Origin: Patescibacteria group bacterium
GTDB taxonomy: Bacteria; Patescibacteriota; Patescibacteriia; Patescibacteriales; UBA12465
Assembly: GCA_050943055.1 (NCBI GenBank)
Contig: JBMNOL010000004.1
Coordinates: 3,262-67,261, forward strand
Direction: 5' to 3'
DNA: 64,000 nucleotides
Shown in pieces: positions 9,113 through 19,900 of the stretch; the first letter of the stretch is position 1; each line of letters starts with the position of its first letter. Both the position numbers and the translations under genes were made by a program. The notes below the pieces were generated by a model. It was not told the origin of the DNA. It searched no databases and worked only from the letters and a program-made list of their open reading frames with translations.

Positions 9113-11770
9113 ATGAGTGCGAAAAAAAGAAAAAAATCTGCCCCCGCCAGTAAAAATAATAATGGCGATTATCTGGCTTTGCCAAGCATCCAATTAAGTG
9201 ACTCGGCGCGCCGAAGTTTAGGGATTGTTTTAGTTTTTGCTTTGGCTTTTATTAGTTTACTGGGGTTATTTGATTTATCAGGAGTAGTCGGCCAATTCTT
9301 TTCTAAATGGCTAGCCCTTATTTTTGGTTTTGGTCGCTGGCTAGTACCGCTATTGCTTTTAATTTGGGGGATGCTTCTAGTCAGCAATAAAAAATATGAA
9401 GTTAAATTCACTGATTACTTGGGTGTCATTTTATTATTTATCTCAACGCAAACGCTCCTTCATTTTTTCTTAGAGAAAGATTTTTGGAAAGTGGCTGCCT
9501 CTGAGGGCGGCGGCGGCGGTTATGTTGGCTATTGGCTGAGTGAATGTTTTTTCTATCTCTTTGATTTTTGGGGCGGGGTTATAATCTTATTTTTATTATT
9601 CTTAAGTTCTTTAGTTTTAGTCTTTAATACTTCTTTATCAAAAATAATCGGCGGCGAAAGTTTCTTAGCTAAAATTTTTAGGCCGATTGTTAATTGGTTT
9701 AAAGGCGCTTTTGCTCGTGACGATAAGAAGGGCCATCAAGATTTAGGCGCGGAAACCGAGGAGGAAGAGGTAGAAGAGGAGGAAAGTTTTATTGAACAAG
9801 CACGCACTGAAGTTTTAGGTGCTTGGACTGCTAAAGAGTTGGCGGGTGAAAAAGAGGCCTTAGCTTCGACGGCCGCCGTCCGCAAAAAAGACACTCCGAA
9901 AGTTCAGGAAAAAATTACTTGGCCCAAGAAAAAAATAAAAATTGATTTGCCGATTGAATTATTGAATCATAAAACTGGTCAGGCAATCGGTGGTGATACC
10001 GAAGCAAATGCCAAAAAAATTAAGAAGACTTTGGAAAATTTTAGTATTGCGGTAGAAATGGGAGAGACAAAAGTTGGTCCGACGGTTACCCAATATACTT
10101 TTAAGCCGGCCGAAGGCGTTAAGCTCTCTAAAATTACTACTCTAACTAATGACCTTTCTTTGGCCTTAGCGGCGCATCCTTTAAGAATTGAAGCGCCGAT
10201 TCCCGGTAAATCCTTGGTCGGTGTTGAGGTGCCTAACAAAAGCAAAGCGATTGTCGGTTTGCGAGAGATTTTAGAGGATGATGTTTTCCGGAAGCGTAAA
10301 CACAACCTGATGATTGCTCTTGGCAAAGATGTCGCCGGCACTTCTTGGATGTATGACCTGACCCGCGCGCCGCACTTACTCGTCGCCGGGGCGACTAACT
10401 CGGGAAAATCTGTTTGTTTAAATACTATTATTATAAGTTTGCTCTATCAAAATAATCCCGAAGATTTACGTTTCATTATGGTTGATCCAAAAAGAGTAGA
10501 ACTTCCGGTTTATAATGGCATTCCGCATCTATTGGTTCCGGTGATTACTGAGGTTTCTAAAACGATTAATTCTTTAAAGTGGTGCTTGAACGAAATGAAT
10601 AACCGTTATGACTTATTAAATAAGAGTGGCAAGAAAAATATTCAAAGTTACAATGCGACCGCTTCTGAAAAATTACCCTACATTGTTTTCATTATTGATG
10701 AGTTGGCCGATTTTATGATGACCGCCGGTAAAGAGATGGAGGCGGCAATTATTCGCTTGGCGCAGATGTCGCGCGCCGTCGGCATCCACCTCATCTTAGC
10801 AACGCAACGTCCATCGGTGGATGTTATTACCGGTTTAATCAAGGCCAATATTCCGGCCCGGATCGCTTTCTCGGTGGCTTCAGTGGTTGATTCCAAAACC
10901 ATTTTAGATATGAGTGGCGCGGAAAAACTTTTAGGTCAAGGTGATATGCTTTTATCGACGGCCGAACTTTCTAAACCCAAAAGAATTCAGGGCGCCTATG
11001 TGAGCGATGAAGAGATCAATGACATTGTTAATTATATTAAGGAGCGCAGTGGCGAAGCCGAATATTTAGAAGGCGTTACCGATCGGCAAAAAGTTGGTGG
11101 CATTGCCGGCGTTGGTTTGGATGGCAATTATGGCGATGAAGATGAATTAATTGCCGAGGCTCGAGAAATTATTATGAATGCCGGGCGCGCCTCGACTTCT
11201 TTATTACAGCGCCGCTTATCAATTGGTTATGGCCGGGCGGCTAAGATTTTAGACTCTTTAGAGGAGCAAGGTTTTGTCGGATCCTCTAATGGTTCGAAAC
11301 CGCGCGAAGTCTTAGTGTCTAAGGAGCAATTTTCGCTTGGTGTCGCTGGTGTCAGTTTGCATGATAAAAAAACTAGCAATATTCCTGATTCCTATTTAGA
11401 TGAAGAAGAGGGCGATGATGGTGTTTTAGATTTTAGCGAAACCGAAGAGGAAGAGGCTGAAGAAGAACTTGAAGATAGTGAAGAGGTTGAAGAAATCATT
11501 GAAGCGGAAGCTGATATTCCGACTGAGACGCCAGCCTTTTTATTAGATGACGATGGTCCGGAAGATAAAATTACGAGTGAGGAAGAAATCTTAGATGAGA
11601 TTCGTGACCAAACGGAAAAAGGGGAAACCGAAGAAGTAGCCGCGGATTCCAATTCTGAGCCGGCATCGGAATCTTCGGCCTCTAATACTGACGGGACGGA
11701 GATTAAAAAAGAAAAAAATGAAGGGGCAACTTATCATCTTGATGACGATGATACTTTTTTTGCCCGCTAA
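9113..11770 (+). CDS. ftsK: DNA translocase FtsK/SpoIIIE with long acidic C-terminal tail
   Basis: N-terminal multi-TM region, Walker A GATNSGKS, Walker B FIIDELAD, LILATQRPS. Gamma winged-helix SLLQRRLSIGYGRAAKILDSLEEQGFVG. It is followed by a long Asp/Glu-rich extension. Confidence 0.92.
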   Translation: MSAKKRKKSAPASKNNNGDYLALPSIQLSDSARRSLGIVLVFALAFISLLGLFDLSGVVGQFFSKWLALIFGFGRWLVPLLLLIWGMLLVSNKKYEVKFTDYLGVILLFISTQTLLHFFLEKDFWKVAASEGGGGGYVGYWLSECFFYLFDFWGGVIILFLLFLSSLVLVFNTSLSKIIGGESFLAKIFRPIVNWFKGAFARDDKKGHQDLGAETEEEEVEEEESFIEQARTEVLGAWTAKELAGEKEALASTAAVRKKDTPKVQEKITWPKKKIKIDLPIELLNHKTGQAIGGDTEANAKKIKKTLENFSIAVEMGETKVGPTVTQYTFKPAEGVKLSKITTLTNDLSLALAAHPLRIEAPIPGKSLVGVEVPNKSKAIVGLREILEDDVFRKRKHNLMIALGKDVAGTSWMYDLTRAPHLLVAGATNSGKSVCLNTIIISLLYQNNPEDLRFIMVDPKRVELPVYNGIPHLLVPVITEVSKTINSLKWCLNEMNNRYDLLNKSGKKNIQSYNATASEKLPYIVFIIDELADFMMTAGKEMEAAIIRLAQMSRAVGIHLILATQRPSVDVITGLIKANIPARIAFSVASVVDSKTILDMSGAEKLLGQGDMLLSTAELSKPKRIQGAYVSDEEINDIVNYIKERSGEAEYLEGVTDRQKVGGIAGVGLDGNYGDEDELIAEAREIIMNAGRASTSLLQRRLSIGYGRAAKILDSLEEQGFVGSSNGSKPREVLVSKEQFSLGVAGVSLHDKKTSNIPDSYLDEEEGDDGVLDFSETEEEEAEEELEDSEEVEEIIEAEADIPTETPAFLLDDDGPEDKITSEEEILDEIRDQTEKGETEEVAADSNSEPASESSASNTDGTEIKKEKNEGATYHLDDDDTFFAR

Positions 11771-11840
11771 AAAAAGCGTAGCGAGAGCGCGCTTTTTTAA
11801 AATTTGCCAGATTGGTATATAATTGAGAAACTGCGAGCAT

Positions 11841-13259
11841 ATGAATTTCTTAAAAAAACTTATCCCCAAAAAAATATTTAAAGTGATTCAGCCTTTCTAC
11901 CATTATTTGATGGCGGTTTTAGCGGCTGCCTGGTATCGTTATCCGAGTCGTAACCTTATCGTCATTGGGGTTACTGGTACTACTGGCAAAACCTCAACCG
12001 TTTATTTGGTGGCTAAGGTTTTAGAATCGGCCGGCTATAATGTTGGCTATACCTCAACAGCCATGTTTGATGATGGCAAAAGAGAGTGGCTTAACGATAA
12101 AAAGATGACTATGCCGGGTCGCTTTTTTGTGCAAAAGATGCTTCGCCGCATGGTAAAAAATCGTTGTCAGTATGCAATCGTGGAAACAACTTCGGAGGGC
12201 ATTGTTCAGTTTCGCCATAAATTTATCAATTACGATACTTTAATTTTTACCGGTTTATACCCGGAGCACTTAGAAAGCCACGGCGGTTTTGAAAATTATA
12301 AAGAAGCTAAGGGCCGTTTATTTGCCACTTTAAAAAATAGTCGTCCCAAATACGTTGACGATCATAAGGGAATCGTTCACCCAACGTCGGCGCTTAAAAA
12401 ATTAGATTACACCCGCGTGAAGAAAACTGTTGTCATTAATGGTAATGATGAGTACGCTCCGTATTTTTTAAATTTTTGGAGCGAAGAGCAATTTATTTAT
12501 TCCTCTCAGAATTCACTGGACCCGGAATTATATGGCGGTTTAGATAGCAAAATTTTACACAATAGTCAGTTCTTTCAATATAAAGAAGTGGAGGAGAAAC
12601 CGGATGGGGTGTCTTTTTCCGTTGCTGATCAAAGAATAAATTTAAAATTACTAGGAGGCTTTAATGTTGAAAATGCCTTAAACGCTGCTTTAACAGCTTT
12701 AGGTCAAGGTGTTAGTTGGTTGGAAATTAAAAAAGGTTTAGAAGGAGTAACTTCCTTATCGGGAAAACTGGAGCGGATTGATTTGGGGCAAGATTTTACC
12801 ATTATTGTTGATTATTCTTTTGAGCCCCGCGCGCTACAAAAAATGTATAGCACCATTCAAATTATTCCTCACCAAAAAGTGATTCATGTTCTTGGTTCTT
12901 GTGGTGGCGGGCGCGATAAAGCGCGGCGACCAATATTGGGACGCTTAGCTGGGGATAATGCTGATTATGTGATTATTACCAACGAAGATCCTTATGATGA
13001 AGATCCGCGGGTGATTATTGAAGAAGTGGCCGCTGGATCCGAGGCTTCGGGAAAGGTCCGCGGCCAAGATTTGTTTTTAATTGACGATCGGCGGGAAGCG
13101 ATTAAAAAAGCCCTATCTTTAGCGGAAAAAGATGATTTAGTGTTAATCACCGGCAAGGGGGCGGAACAGTATATTTGTTTAGCGGATGGTAAAAAAGTTC
13201 CTTGGGATGACAGACGGATCGTTCGCGAAGAGTTTAATGCGCTTAATTTAGATAAATAA
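11841..13259 (+). CDS. murE: Mur ligase family protein, probably UDP-MurNAc-L-Ala-D-Glu:diamino-acid ligase (MurE-like)
   Basis: P-loop VIGVTGTTGKTST, central ETTSEG, DYSFEP (equivalent of DYAHTP), C-terminal ITNEDP and TGKGAEQY. The track start 11823 is a TTG; the ATG is at 11841. Substrate specificity not determinable. Confidence 0.65.
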   Translation: MNFLKKLIPKKIFKVIQPFYHYLMAVLAAAWYRYPSRNLIVIGVTGTTGKTSTVYLVAKVLESAGYNVGYTSTAMFDDGKREWLNDKKMTMPGRFFVQKMLRRMVKNRCQYAIVETTSEGIVQFRHKFINYDTLIFTGLYPEHLESHGGFENYKEAKGRLFATLKNSRPKYVDDHKGIVHPTSALKKLDYTRVKKTVVINGNDEYAPYFLNFWSEEQFIYSSQNSLDPELYGGLDSKILHNSQFFQYKEVEEKPDGVSFSVADQRINLKLLGGFNVENALNAALTALGQGVSWLEIKKGLEGVTSLSGKLERIDLGQDFTIIVDYSFEPRALQKMYSTIQIIPHQKVIHVLGSCGGGRDKARRPILGRLAGDNADYVIITNEDPYDEDPRVIIEEVAAGSEASGKVRGQDLFLIDDRREAIKKALSLAEKDDLVLITGKGAEQYICLADGKKVPWDDRRIVREEFNALNLDK

Positions 13260-13291
13260 AGCCACTGTGGATAACTTGTTTATTAGTATAA

Positions 13292-13320
13292 TTGACATAA
13301 GTTAGAAAGCATTCTATAAT
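13292..13320 (+). promoter_or_regulatory. Consensus sigma70-type promoter TTGACA-17 nt-TATAAT upstream of rpoB
   Basis: ttgaca at 13292-13297 and tataat at 13315-13320, exactly 17 nt apart. About 220 nt upstream of the rpoB ATG. Confidence 0.7.
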
Positions 13321-13480
13321 AGCTCTACAATTTTATTTAAAGCAAAAATGGATAGATACGGTGACACGGATAACAAAAGCTCCCAAACCGTTTTTTTTGC
13401 TGTTTTTTACATTATTTTGTAAAAATAATTTACAGCTATCACAGTGAGTTGCCTCTTCATCATCAATTAATTTTTTTAAA

Positions 13481-13516
13481 TCTTAAGCTCTGCCTTGTAA
13501 AGCTTGAGATTTTTTT
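13481..13516 (+). terminator. Terminator-like hairpin + T7 run inside the rpoB leader (possible attenuator)
   Basis: tcttaagct (13481-13489) pairs with agcttgaga (13501-13509), giving 9 bp with one G-U. The loop is 11 nt, followed by ttttttt (13510-16), 27 nt before the rpoB ATG. Confidence 0.5.
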
Positions 13517-13543
13517 GCTGTTAACTAATTTCTTGCCAATATT

Positions 13544-16500
13544 ATGCCTAAGACATCAAGCGTTGGAGAGCGCCTAGCCGCGCGCCGCTTTTTTAAGGAC
13601 CGTCAGGAGGTAATGCCGATGCCCGATCTGATTGAAATTCAGAAGGACTCCTATAAATGGTTTTTAGACGAGGGGCTAGCGGAGTTATTTGAAGAAATTA
13701 ATCCGATCACTGACTTTATCGGTCGTGATTTGGAGCTTTACTTCGAGGATTATTATTTAGATGACGCCAAGTTTAGCGAACAAGAAAGCCGGGCCAAAAA
13801 TATTACTTATGAGGCCCCGCTCCGCGTAAAAACTAGATTAGTTAATAAAAAAACTAACCAAGTCAGTAGCCAGGAGGTTTATTTGGGGGACTTTCCCTTA
13901 ATGACCGATCAGGGTACTTTTATTATTAACGGCATTGAACGTGTCGTTGTTTCGCAACTCATTCGTTCGGCCGGGGTAATGTTTACCGCCGATTTTATTA
14001 AAGGAAAAAAATGCTACGGAGCAAAAATTATTCCTAACCGCGGTGCTTGGCTAGAAATTGAAACGGATATCAACAAGGTTATTTGGGTTCGCATTGATCG
14101 TAAGCGTAAAGTGGCAGTTACTTCGCTCTTGCGCGCTTTTGGCTATGAAACCGACGAGGAACTACAAGCCTTATTTAAAGATGTTGATTTAGTAAAGAAT
14201 GATGACGAGGTAACCTTTATTCAGGCGACAATTGAAAAAGATGCCGCCACTAATGAAGCTGAAGGTTTACAGGAAGTTTATCGCCGCATTCGCCCCGGAG
14301 ATTTAGCATCCGTTGATAATGCTCGTCAATTGATTCATTCCATGTTCTTCCGTTTTGATCGTTATGATTTTGGTCGCGTTGGTCGCTATAAATTAAATCG
14401 CCGCTTCAACTTAAATTTAGAAAATAACCGCGAGAATCGAATTCTCCGCAAAGAAGATTTAGTTTTGATTGTTAAAGAGGTGATTCGTTTAAATATTACT
14501 AAGGAGCCGGAAGATGATATTGATCACTTAGGTAATCGCCGCGTTCGCGCTATCGGTGGCTTAATTCAAACTCGTTTCCGGGTTGGTTTAGCGCGCATGG
14601 AAAGAATTATTAAGGATAAGATGTCAACGACCGATATCTCCGCTTTAACGGCCACTAAATTGGTTAACGCTCGGCCGATAATTGGTGTGATTAAAGAGTT
14701 TTTCATGTCGTCGCAATTATCTCAGTTTATGGATCAAACCAATCCTTTAGCCGAATTGGAGCATAAGCGTCGTCTTTCGGCGATGGGGCCGGGCGGTTTG
14801 ACTAGAGAGCGCGCCGGTTTTGATGTTCGTGATGTGCACTCTACCCACTATGGGCGTATCTGTCCGATTGCCACTCCAGAAGGTCCGAATATCGGTTTGG
14901 TCGGACACTTAGCGACTTATGCTAAATTAAATAGTTACGGCTTTTTAGAAACTCCTTATCGCCGCGTTAATCATACTAAGAGCGGTAGTTTTGTTACTTC
15001 AGAGATTGTTTATTTAGATGCCTTTGAAGAAGAAAAATATATTACTGCCGATGCCACTTTGCCAATTGATGAGAAAGGCAAAATTTTAGTTTCCCGCTTT
15101 GAAGTGAGAAAAAATGGCAACCCGGGAATGATCGATGCGGATCAAATTGATTTTGTGGGTGTTGCTGCTAATCAAATTATTTCCGTGGCCACCTCCTTGA
15201 TTCCGTTTATGGAACATAATGATGGCCAAAGATCTTTGATGGGCACAAACATGCAACGTCAAGCCGTGCCGTTAATTAAGACGGAGGCGCCAATAGTGGG
15301 CACCGGTATTGAGGCGCGGGCGGCCCGTGACAGTGGGCATCTGATCTTAGCTAGTGAAGCGGGCACGATTATTCGCGCCGATGGTTTAGAAATTGATTTA
15401 CAAACTAAAAAGGGGCAGGTCATTAAATATCCTTTAGATAAATTTGTTCGTTCTAATTCTTCAACCTGTATTAATCAGCATCCGGTTGTTTCCGTGGGCG
15501 AGAAAGTCAGTGCCGGTCAAATTTTGTCAGATGGCCCCTCAATTGATAACGGAGAATTATCTTTAGGGCGCAATGTTTTAGTCGCCTTTATGACCTGGGA
15601 AGGTTATAACTATGAAGACGCCGTGATTATTTCCGAGCGTTTAGTCCGTGAAGATGTTTTCTCTTCCATTAATATTGAAAATTATACAATCGATGTTCGC
15701 GATACCAAACTTGGTCCGGAAGTGATTACTAATGATATTCCCAATATTAGTGAGGAAAAATTAAAGAACTTGGATGAAGACGGTATTATCCGGATCGGCG
15801 CCGAAGTTTCTTCTGGTGACATTTTAGTCGGAAAAATTACGCCCAAGGGAGAAACCACTTTATCGGCGGAAGAAAAATTATTACGCGCTATTTTTGGCGA
15901 AAAAGCTAAAGATGTTCGCGACTCTTCTCTTTACTTAGAGCATGGTGAGCATGGGAAAGTTGTCGATGTAAAAGTATTTTCTCGCGAGGATGGCGATAAA
16001 TTATCCGCCGGAGTTTTAAAATCTATTCAAGTTTCTGTCGCTAATCTGCGTAAAATTCAAGTCGGTGATAAGATGTCCGGTCGGCATGGTAACAAGGGGG
16101 TTATTTCTAAGATTGTGCCTGATGAAGATATGCCTTACCTAGAAGACGGCACTCATGTTGATGTTATTTTGTCGCCGCTGGGAATTATCTCTCGTATGAA
16201 CTTGGGGCAGCTACTGGAAACGCACTTAGGTTTAGCCGCTCATAAATTAGGCTATCGCGCGGCGACTCCCGCTTTAGATGGTATTTCGGAGACGCAGATT
16301 AAAGAAGAACTTAAAAAGGCAGGCTTGCCCGAGGATGGTAAAGTTGTTCTCTATGATGGTAAAACCGGTTTACCTTACGATAATGAGATTACCGTTGGTT
16401 ATAAATATATGCTTAAACTTAACCACATGGTTGAGGATAAGATCCACCAGCGCTCTATTGGCCCTTACTCTTTAATCACTCAGCAACCTTTGGGTGGTAA

Positions 16501-16900
16501 GGCACAATTCGGTGGTCAACGTTTTGGCGAAATGGAAGTGTGGGCCCTTGAAGGTTATGGCGCGGCGCACACGCTTCAGGAAATGTTAACTATTAAATCT
16601 GATGATGTTCCTGGTCGTTCTAAAGCTTATGAAAGTATTATTAAGGGCGAGACAATTGAAAAATTAAACGTACCGGAATCGTTTAATGTCTTGATTCGCG
16701 AACTGAAAGGCTTAGGTTTGGATGTGGAGCTCTTAAGCGAAGAAGGAACAGCTGATGAAGTGATTTCTTCGGAGGATGAATTTTTGGCGGCGACCGAACC
16801 GGCGAGTGAGACTGAAGAAATTGTCGCGGCCAAAGAAGAGTCAGAGTCGACTGACGCTCCGGCTGACGAAGAAAAAGAAGTCGCCGAAGAAGCGGCCTAA
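13544..16900 (+). CDS. rpoB: DNA-directed RNA polymerase subunit beta
   Basis: 1118 aa. Conserved blocks FFGSSQLSQFMDQTNPL-type (FMSSQLSQFMDQTNPLAELEHKRRLSAMGPGGL), NMQRQAVPL, GRHGNKGV, GEMEVWALEGYGAA. Acidic C-terminal tail. Confidence 0.98.
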   Translation: MPKTSSVGERLAARRFFKDRQEVMPMPDLIEIQKDSYKWFLDEGLAELFEEINPITDFIGRDLELYFEDYYLDDAKFSEQESRAKNITYEAPLRVKTRLVNKKTNQVSSQEVYLGDFPLMTDQGTFIINGIERVVVSQLIRSAGVMFTADFIKGKKCYGAKIIPNRGAWLEIETDINKVIWVRIDRKRKVAVTSLLRAFGYETDEELQALFKDVDLVKNDDEVTFIQATIEKDAATNEAEGLQEVYRRIRPGDLASVDNARQLIHSMFFRFDRYDFGRVGRYKLNRRFNLNLENNRENRILRKEDLVLIVKEVIRLNITKEPEDDIDHLGNRRVRAIGGLIQTRFRVGLARMERIIKDKMSTTDISALTATKLVNARPIIGVIKEFFMSSQLSQFMDQTNPLAELEHKRRLSAMGPGGLTRERAGFDVRDVHSTHYGRICPIATPEGPNIGLVGHLATYAKLNSYGFLETPYRRVNHTKSGSFVTSEIVYLDAFEEEKYITADATLPIDEKGKILVSRFEVRKNGNPGMIDADQIDFVGVAANQIISVATSLIPFMEHNDGQRSLMGTNMQRQAVPLIKTEAPIVGTGIEARAARDSGHLILASEAGTIIRADGLEIDLQTKKGQVIKYPLDKFVRSNSSTCINQHPVVSVGEKVSAGQILSDGPSIDNGELSLGRNVLVAFMTWEGYNYEDAVIISERLVREDVFSSINIENYTIDVRDTKLGPEVITNDIPNISEEKLKNLDEDGIIRIGAEVSSGDILVGKITPKGETTLSAEEKLLRAIFGEKAKDVRDSSLYLEHGEHGKVVDVKVFSREDGDKLSAGVLKSIQVSVANLRKIQVGDKMSGRHGNKGVISKIVPDEDMPYLEDGTHVDVILSPLGIISRMNLGQLLETHLGLAAHKLGYRAATPALDGISETQIKEELKKAGLPEDGKVVLYDGKTGLPYDNEITVGYKYMLKLNHMVEDKIHQRSIGPYSLITQQPLGGKAQFGGQRFGEMEVWALEGYGAAHTLQEMLTIKSDDVPGRSKAYESIIKGETIEKLNVPESFNVLIRELKGLGLDVELLSEEGTADEVISSEDEFLAATEPASETEEIVAAKEESESTDAPADEEKEVAEEAA

Positions 16901-16922
16901 AAAATAAAAAATTTATTATTAT

Positions 16923-19900
16923 ATGTTAAATCCGATTAAAACTAGCGACTTCGATGCCATCAGACTTAAACTCGCTTCTCCGGAAGAAATTTTAAGCTGG
17001 TCGCATGGTGAAGTTACTAAGCCGGAAACGATTAACTACCGCACTCAAAAACCAGAAAAAGACGGTTTGTTTTGTGAAAAGATTTTTGGTCCGACTAAAG
17101 ACTGGGAGTGTGCTTGTGGTAAGTATAAAAAGATCCGCTATAAAGGAATTGTTTGCGATAAGTGCGGCGTTGAAGTCACCCGCAGTGTTGTCCGCCGAGA
17201 ACGCATGGGGCATATTGAGCTCCAAATTCCTTGCACCCATATTTGGTTTTTACGCGGGATATCGTCTAAAATTGGTCTGCTTTTAAACCTGGGTATTCAG
17301 TCCCTAGAAAAAGTTATTTATTTTGCTAGCTTTATTGTTACGTCAGTTGATGAGGATTTAAAGGAGGCAACCATTGAACAGATTAAACAAGAGTACAAGT
17401 CTAAACGTAAGAATATTGATAGCGATTACAAGGAGGCCTTAAAAAGATTTAAGGAAGCTCCTAAAGACGGCGAAGATGAAAAAAGTTTGGCCGCGGCTCA
17501 CAATGATCGCATCGCGACTTTAGATGAAGATTTTGCGGCAACTTTAAAAGAATTAAAAGATTTAAAGCCGCTCTTAGTTATTTCGGAGCAACAGTATCAG
17601 AACTTAAGTTTAAAGTTTGGTCATATTTTTGAAGCCGGAATCGGCGCGGAAGCGATCAGAGAGCTGTTATCAAAAATAGATTTAGAAAAAAGTATCACTA
17701 AGCTAGAAGTGAAGTTTGAAACGGCTCTAGAATCTAAAAAGGAAAAGATGACTAAACGGCTTAAACTTTTAAAGAGTTTAGCCAATAATAATATCCGTCC
17801 CGAGTGGATGATCGTGACAATTTTGCCGGTGGTGCCACCGGATTTACGACCGATGGTCGCTTTAGATGGTGGTCGCTTTGCCGCTTCCGATTTAAATGAT
17901 TTATACCGCCGTGTTATCAACCGCAATAATCGCTTAAAACAATTGATGGATCTTAACGCTCCGGAAGTTATTTGTCGCAACGAAAAACGCATGCTGCAAG
18001 AAGCGGTTGACGCTTTAATTGATAACTCGGCTCGTCACAGTAAAACCGTGACCGCGTCGACCGGGCAAAAGCGCCAGTTAAAATCTTTAGCCGATACCCT
18101 TAAAGGTAAGCAAGGGCGCTTCCGCCAAAACTTATTAGGTAAGCGCGTTGACTACTCCGGTCGTTCTGTAATTGTGGTTAATCCGAAACTTAATTTAGAT
18201 GAGTGCGGTTTGCCGAAAATTATGGCTTTGGAATTATTTAAGCCTTATATTATTGCTGAATTAATTAAGCGCGAAGTGGTGCATAATGTTCGTAGTGCTT
18301 CTCGCTATATTGAAGCTGGTCACGATGAGGTTTGGGATATTTTAGAAGAAACGGTGGCTGATGCTTTCGTTTTATTAAACCGCGCTCCCACCTTGCACCG
18401 TCTCGGCATTCAGGCTTTTAAGCCGGTGTTAATTGAAGGTAAAGCGATTCAGATTCATCCGCTTGTTTGTACCGCTTTCAATGCTGACTTTGATGGTGAC
18501 CAAATGGCTGTTCACGTTCCTCTTACTAAAGAGGCGCGACGTGAAGCCGAAGAAATAATGTTATCCTCACATAACCTGTTAAAGCCGGCGACCGGTGAAC
18601 CGATTGTTACTCCATCGCAAGATATTGTTTGGGGTGCTTATTATATTACTTTTGAAGATAAGGAGTCGGCTAAGCGTCCGGACCAAGAATTGCGTTATTT
18701 TTATGATGCCGATGAAGCCAATTTAGCTTACAGTAATAACTATATTGGTTTACATGAAACAATTTTAGTTAATTGGTCGGGGCAACGTCTTCGCACTACC
18801 ATGGGCCGCTTAATCTTTAATTTAATTTTGCCGGAAAAATTACGCTTCGTGAATGAGGTGGTCAATAAAGGAAAAATTAAAGACTTGATTAAAGATTGTT
18901 TGCGTTGGTATAGCGAGGAAGAAACTGTTAAATTTATTGATGATTTAAAAAATCACAGCTTTGCCTTTATTACTAAATCTGGTCTTTCTTGGGGCTTCGG
19001 CGATTTGCCGGACATCAAAGAGAAGGATGTTTTAATTGAAGAGGCGACTAAAAAAGTTGACTTGATTCAGGAGCAGTATGAAGAGGGGTTGCTGACCGAC
19101 AGTGAACGCTACGCTAAAGTAATTGAAGAGTGGACTAACACTAAAGATCAGATTGCTGATATTTGTAAGGCCAGTCTTACTAATTCCTTACCGGTATTCT
19201 CCATGATTGATTCCGGTGCCCGTGGTTCTTGGGCGCAGCCGGTGCAAATTTTAGGTATGAAAGGGTTGGTAACTTCGCCTTCCGGAGCAATTATTGAATT
19301 ACCGGTTAAAGGTAATTTTAAGGAAGGTTTTGGTGTTTTGGAATACTTCTTTTCCACGCACGCCACCCGTAAAGGTTTATCAGATACTGCTTTAAGAACA
19401 GCTAACGCTGGTTATTTGACTCGTCGTTTAGTTGATGTGGCCCAAGATGTTATTGTGGCTGAAGAAGACTGTGGTGACACCGAAGGATTCTTAATTACCC
19501 GCGCGGAGGCTGATAAAAATGGTGAAGACTTTTTCAAAAAAATTGGTGGTCGTTATTTGGCTGCCGATCTTTTAGATAGTAAGGGGAAGAAAATTATTGC
19601 CGCTGGTGAAATTTTAGATGAAAAAGCTATTTTCTTAGCAAAGGAAAAGGGTGTTACCGAGGCTAAAATTCGCAGTGTTCTCAGTTGCCATCTCCATAAG
19701 GGGGTTTGCATTAAATGTTACGGCAATGACTTAGCTTACAATAAACCGGTTAAGTTAGGTGCTACGGTTGGTATAATTGCCGCTCAGTCTATTGGTGAAC
19801 CAGGAACTCAGCTCACGATGAGAACTTTCCATACTGGTGGTGTGGCCGGGTCTGATGATATTACTCAAGGCTTGCCTCGTGTTGAAGAAATTTTTGAGAG

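Noticed and set aside
11804-11823. TTGCCA and TATAAT upstream of murE as a canonical promoter pair.
   Set aside because: The spacer is only 8 nt, incompatible with sigma70 -35/-10 geometry. The TATAAT alone, with upstream TG-like context, may still function but is not reported as a confident feature.
9169-11869. Antisense or alternative-frame ORFs inside ftsK (9169-9411, 9979-10341, 10678-10902, 11392-11652, 11591-11869), including a Ser-rich 86-aa product.
   Set aside because: The Ser-rich product is simply the reverse-complement reading of the GAA/GAG-rich acidic tail of FtsK. None has start or stop context or domain features.
13348-13422. 24-codon ORF (MDRYGDTDNKSSQTVFFAVFYIIL) in the rpoB leader as a possible leader peptide.
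   Set aside because: It has no supporting signal (no regulatory codon run, no conservation data). Small ORFs of this size are expected by chance in AT-rich DNA.
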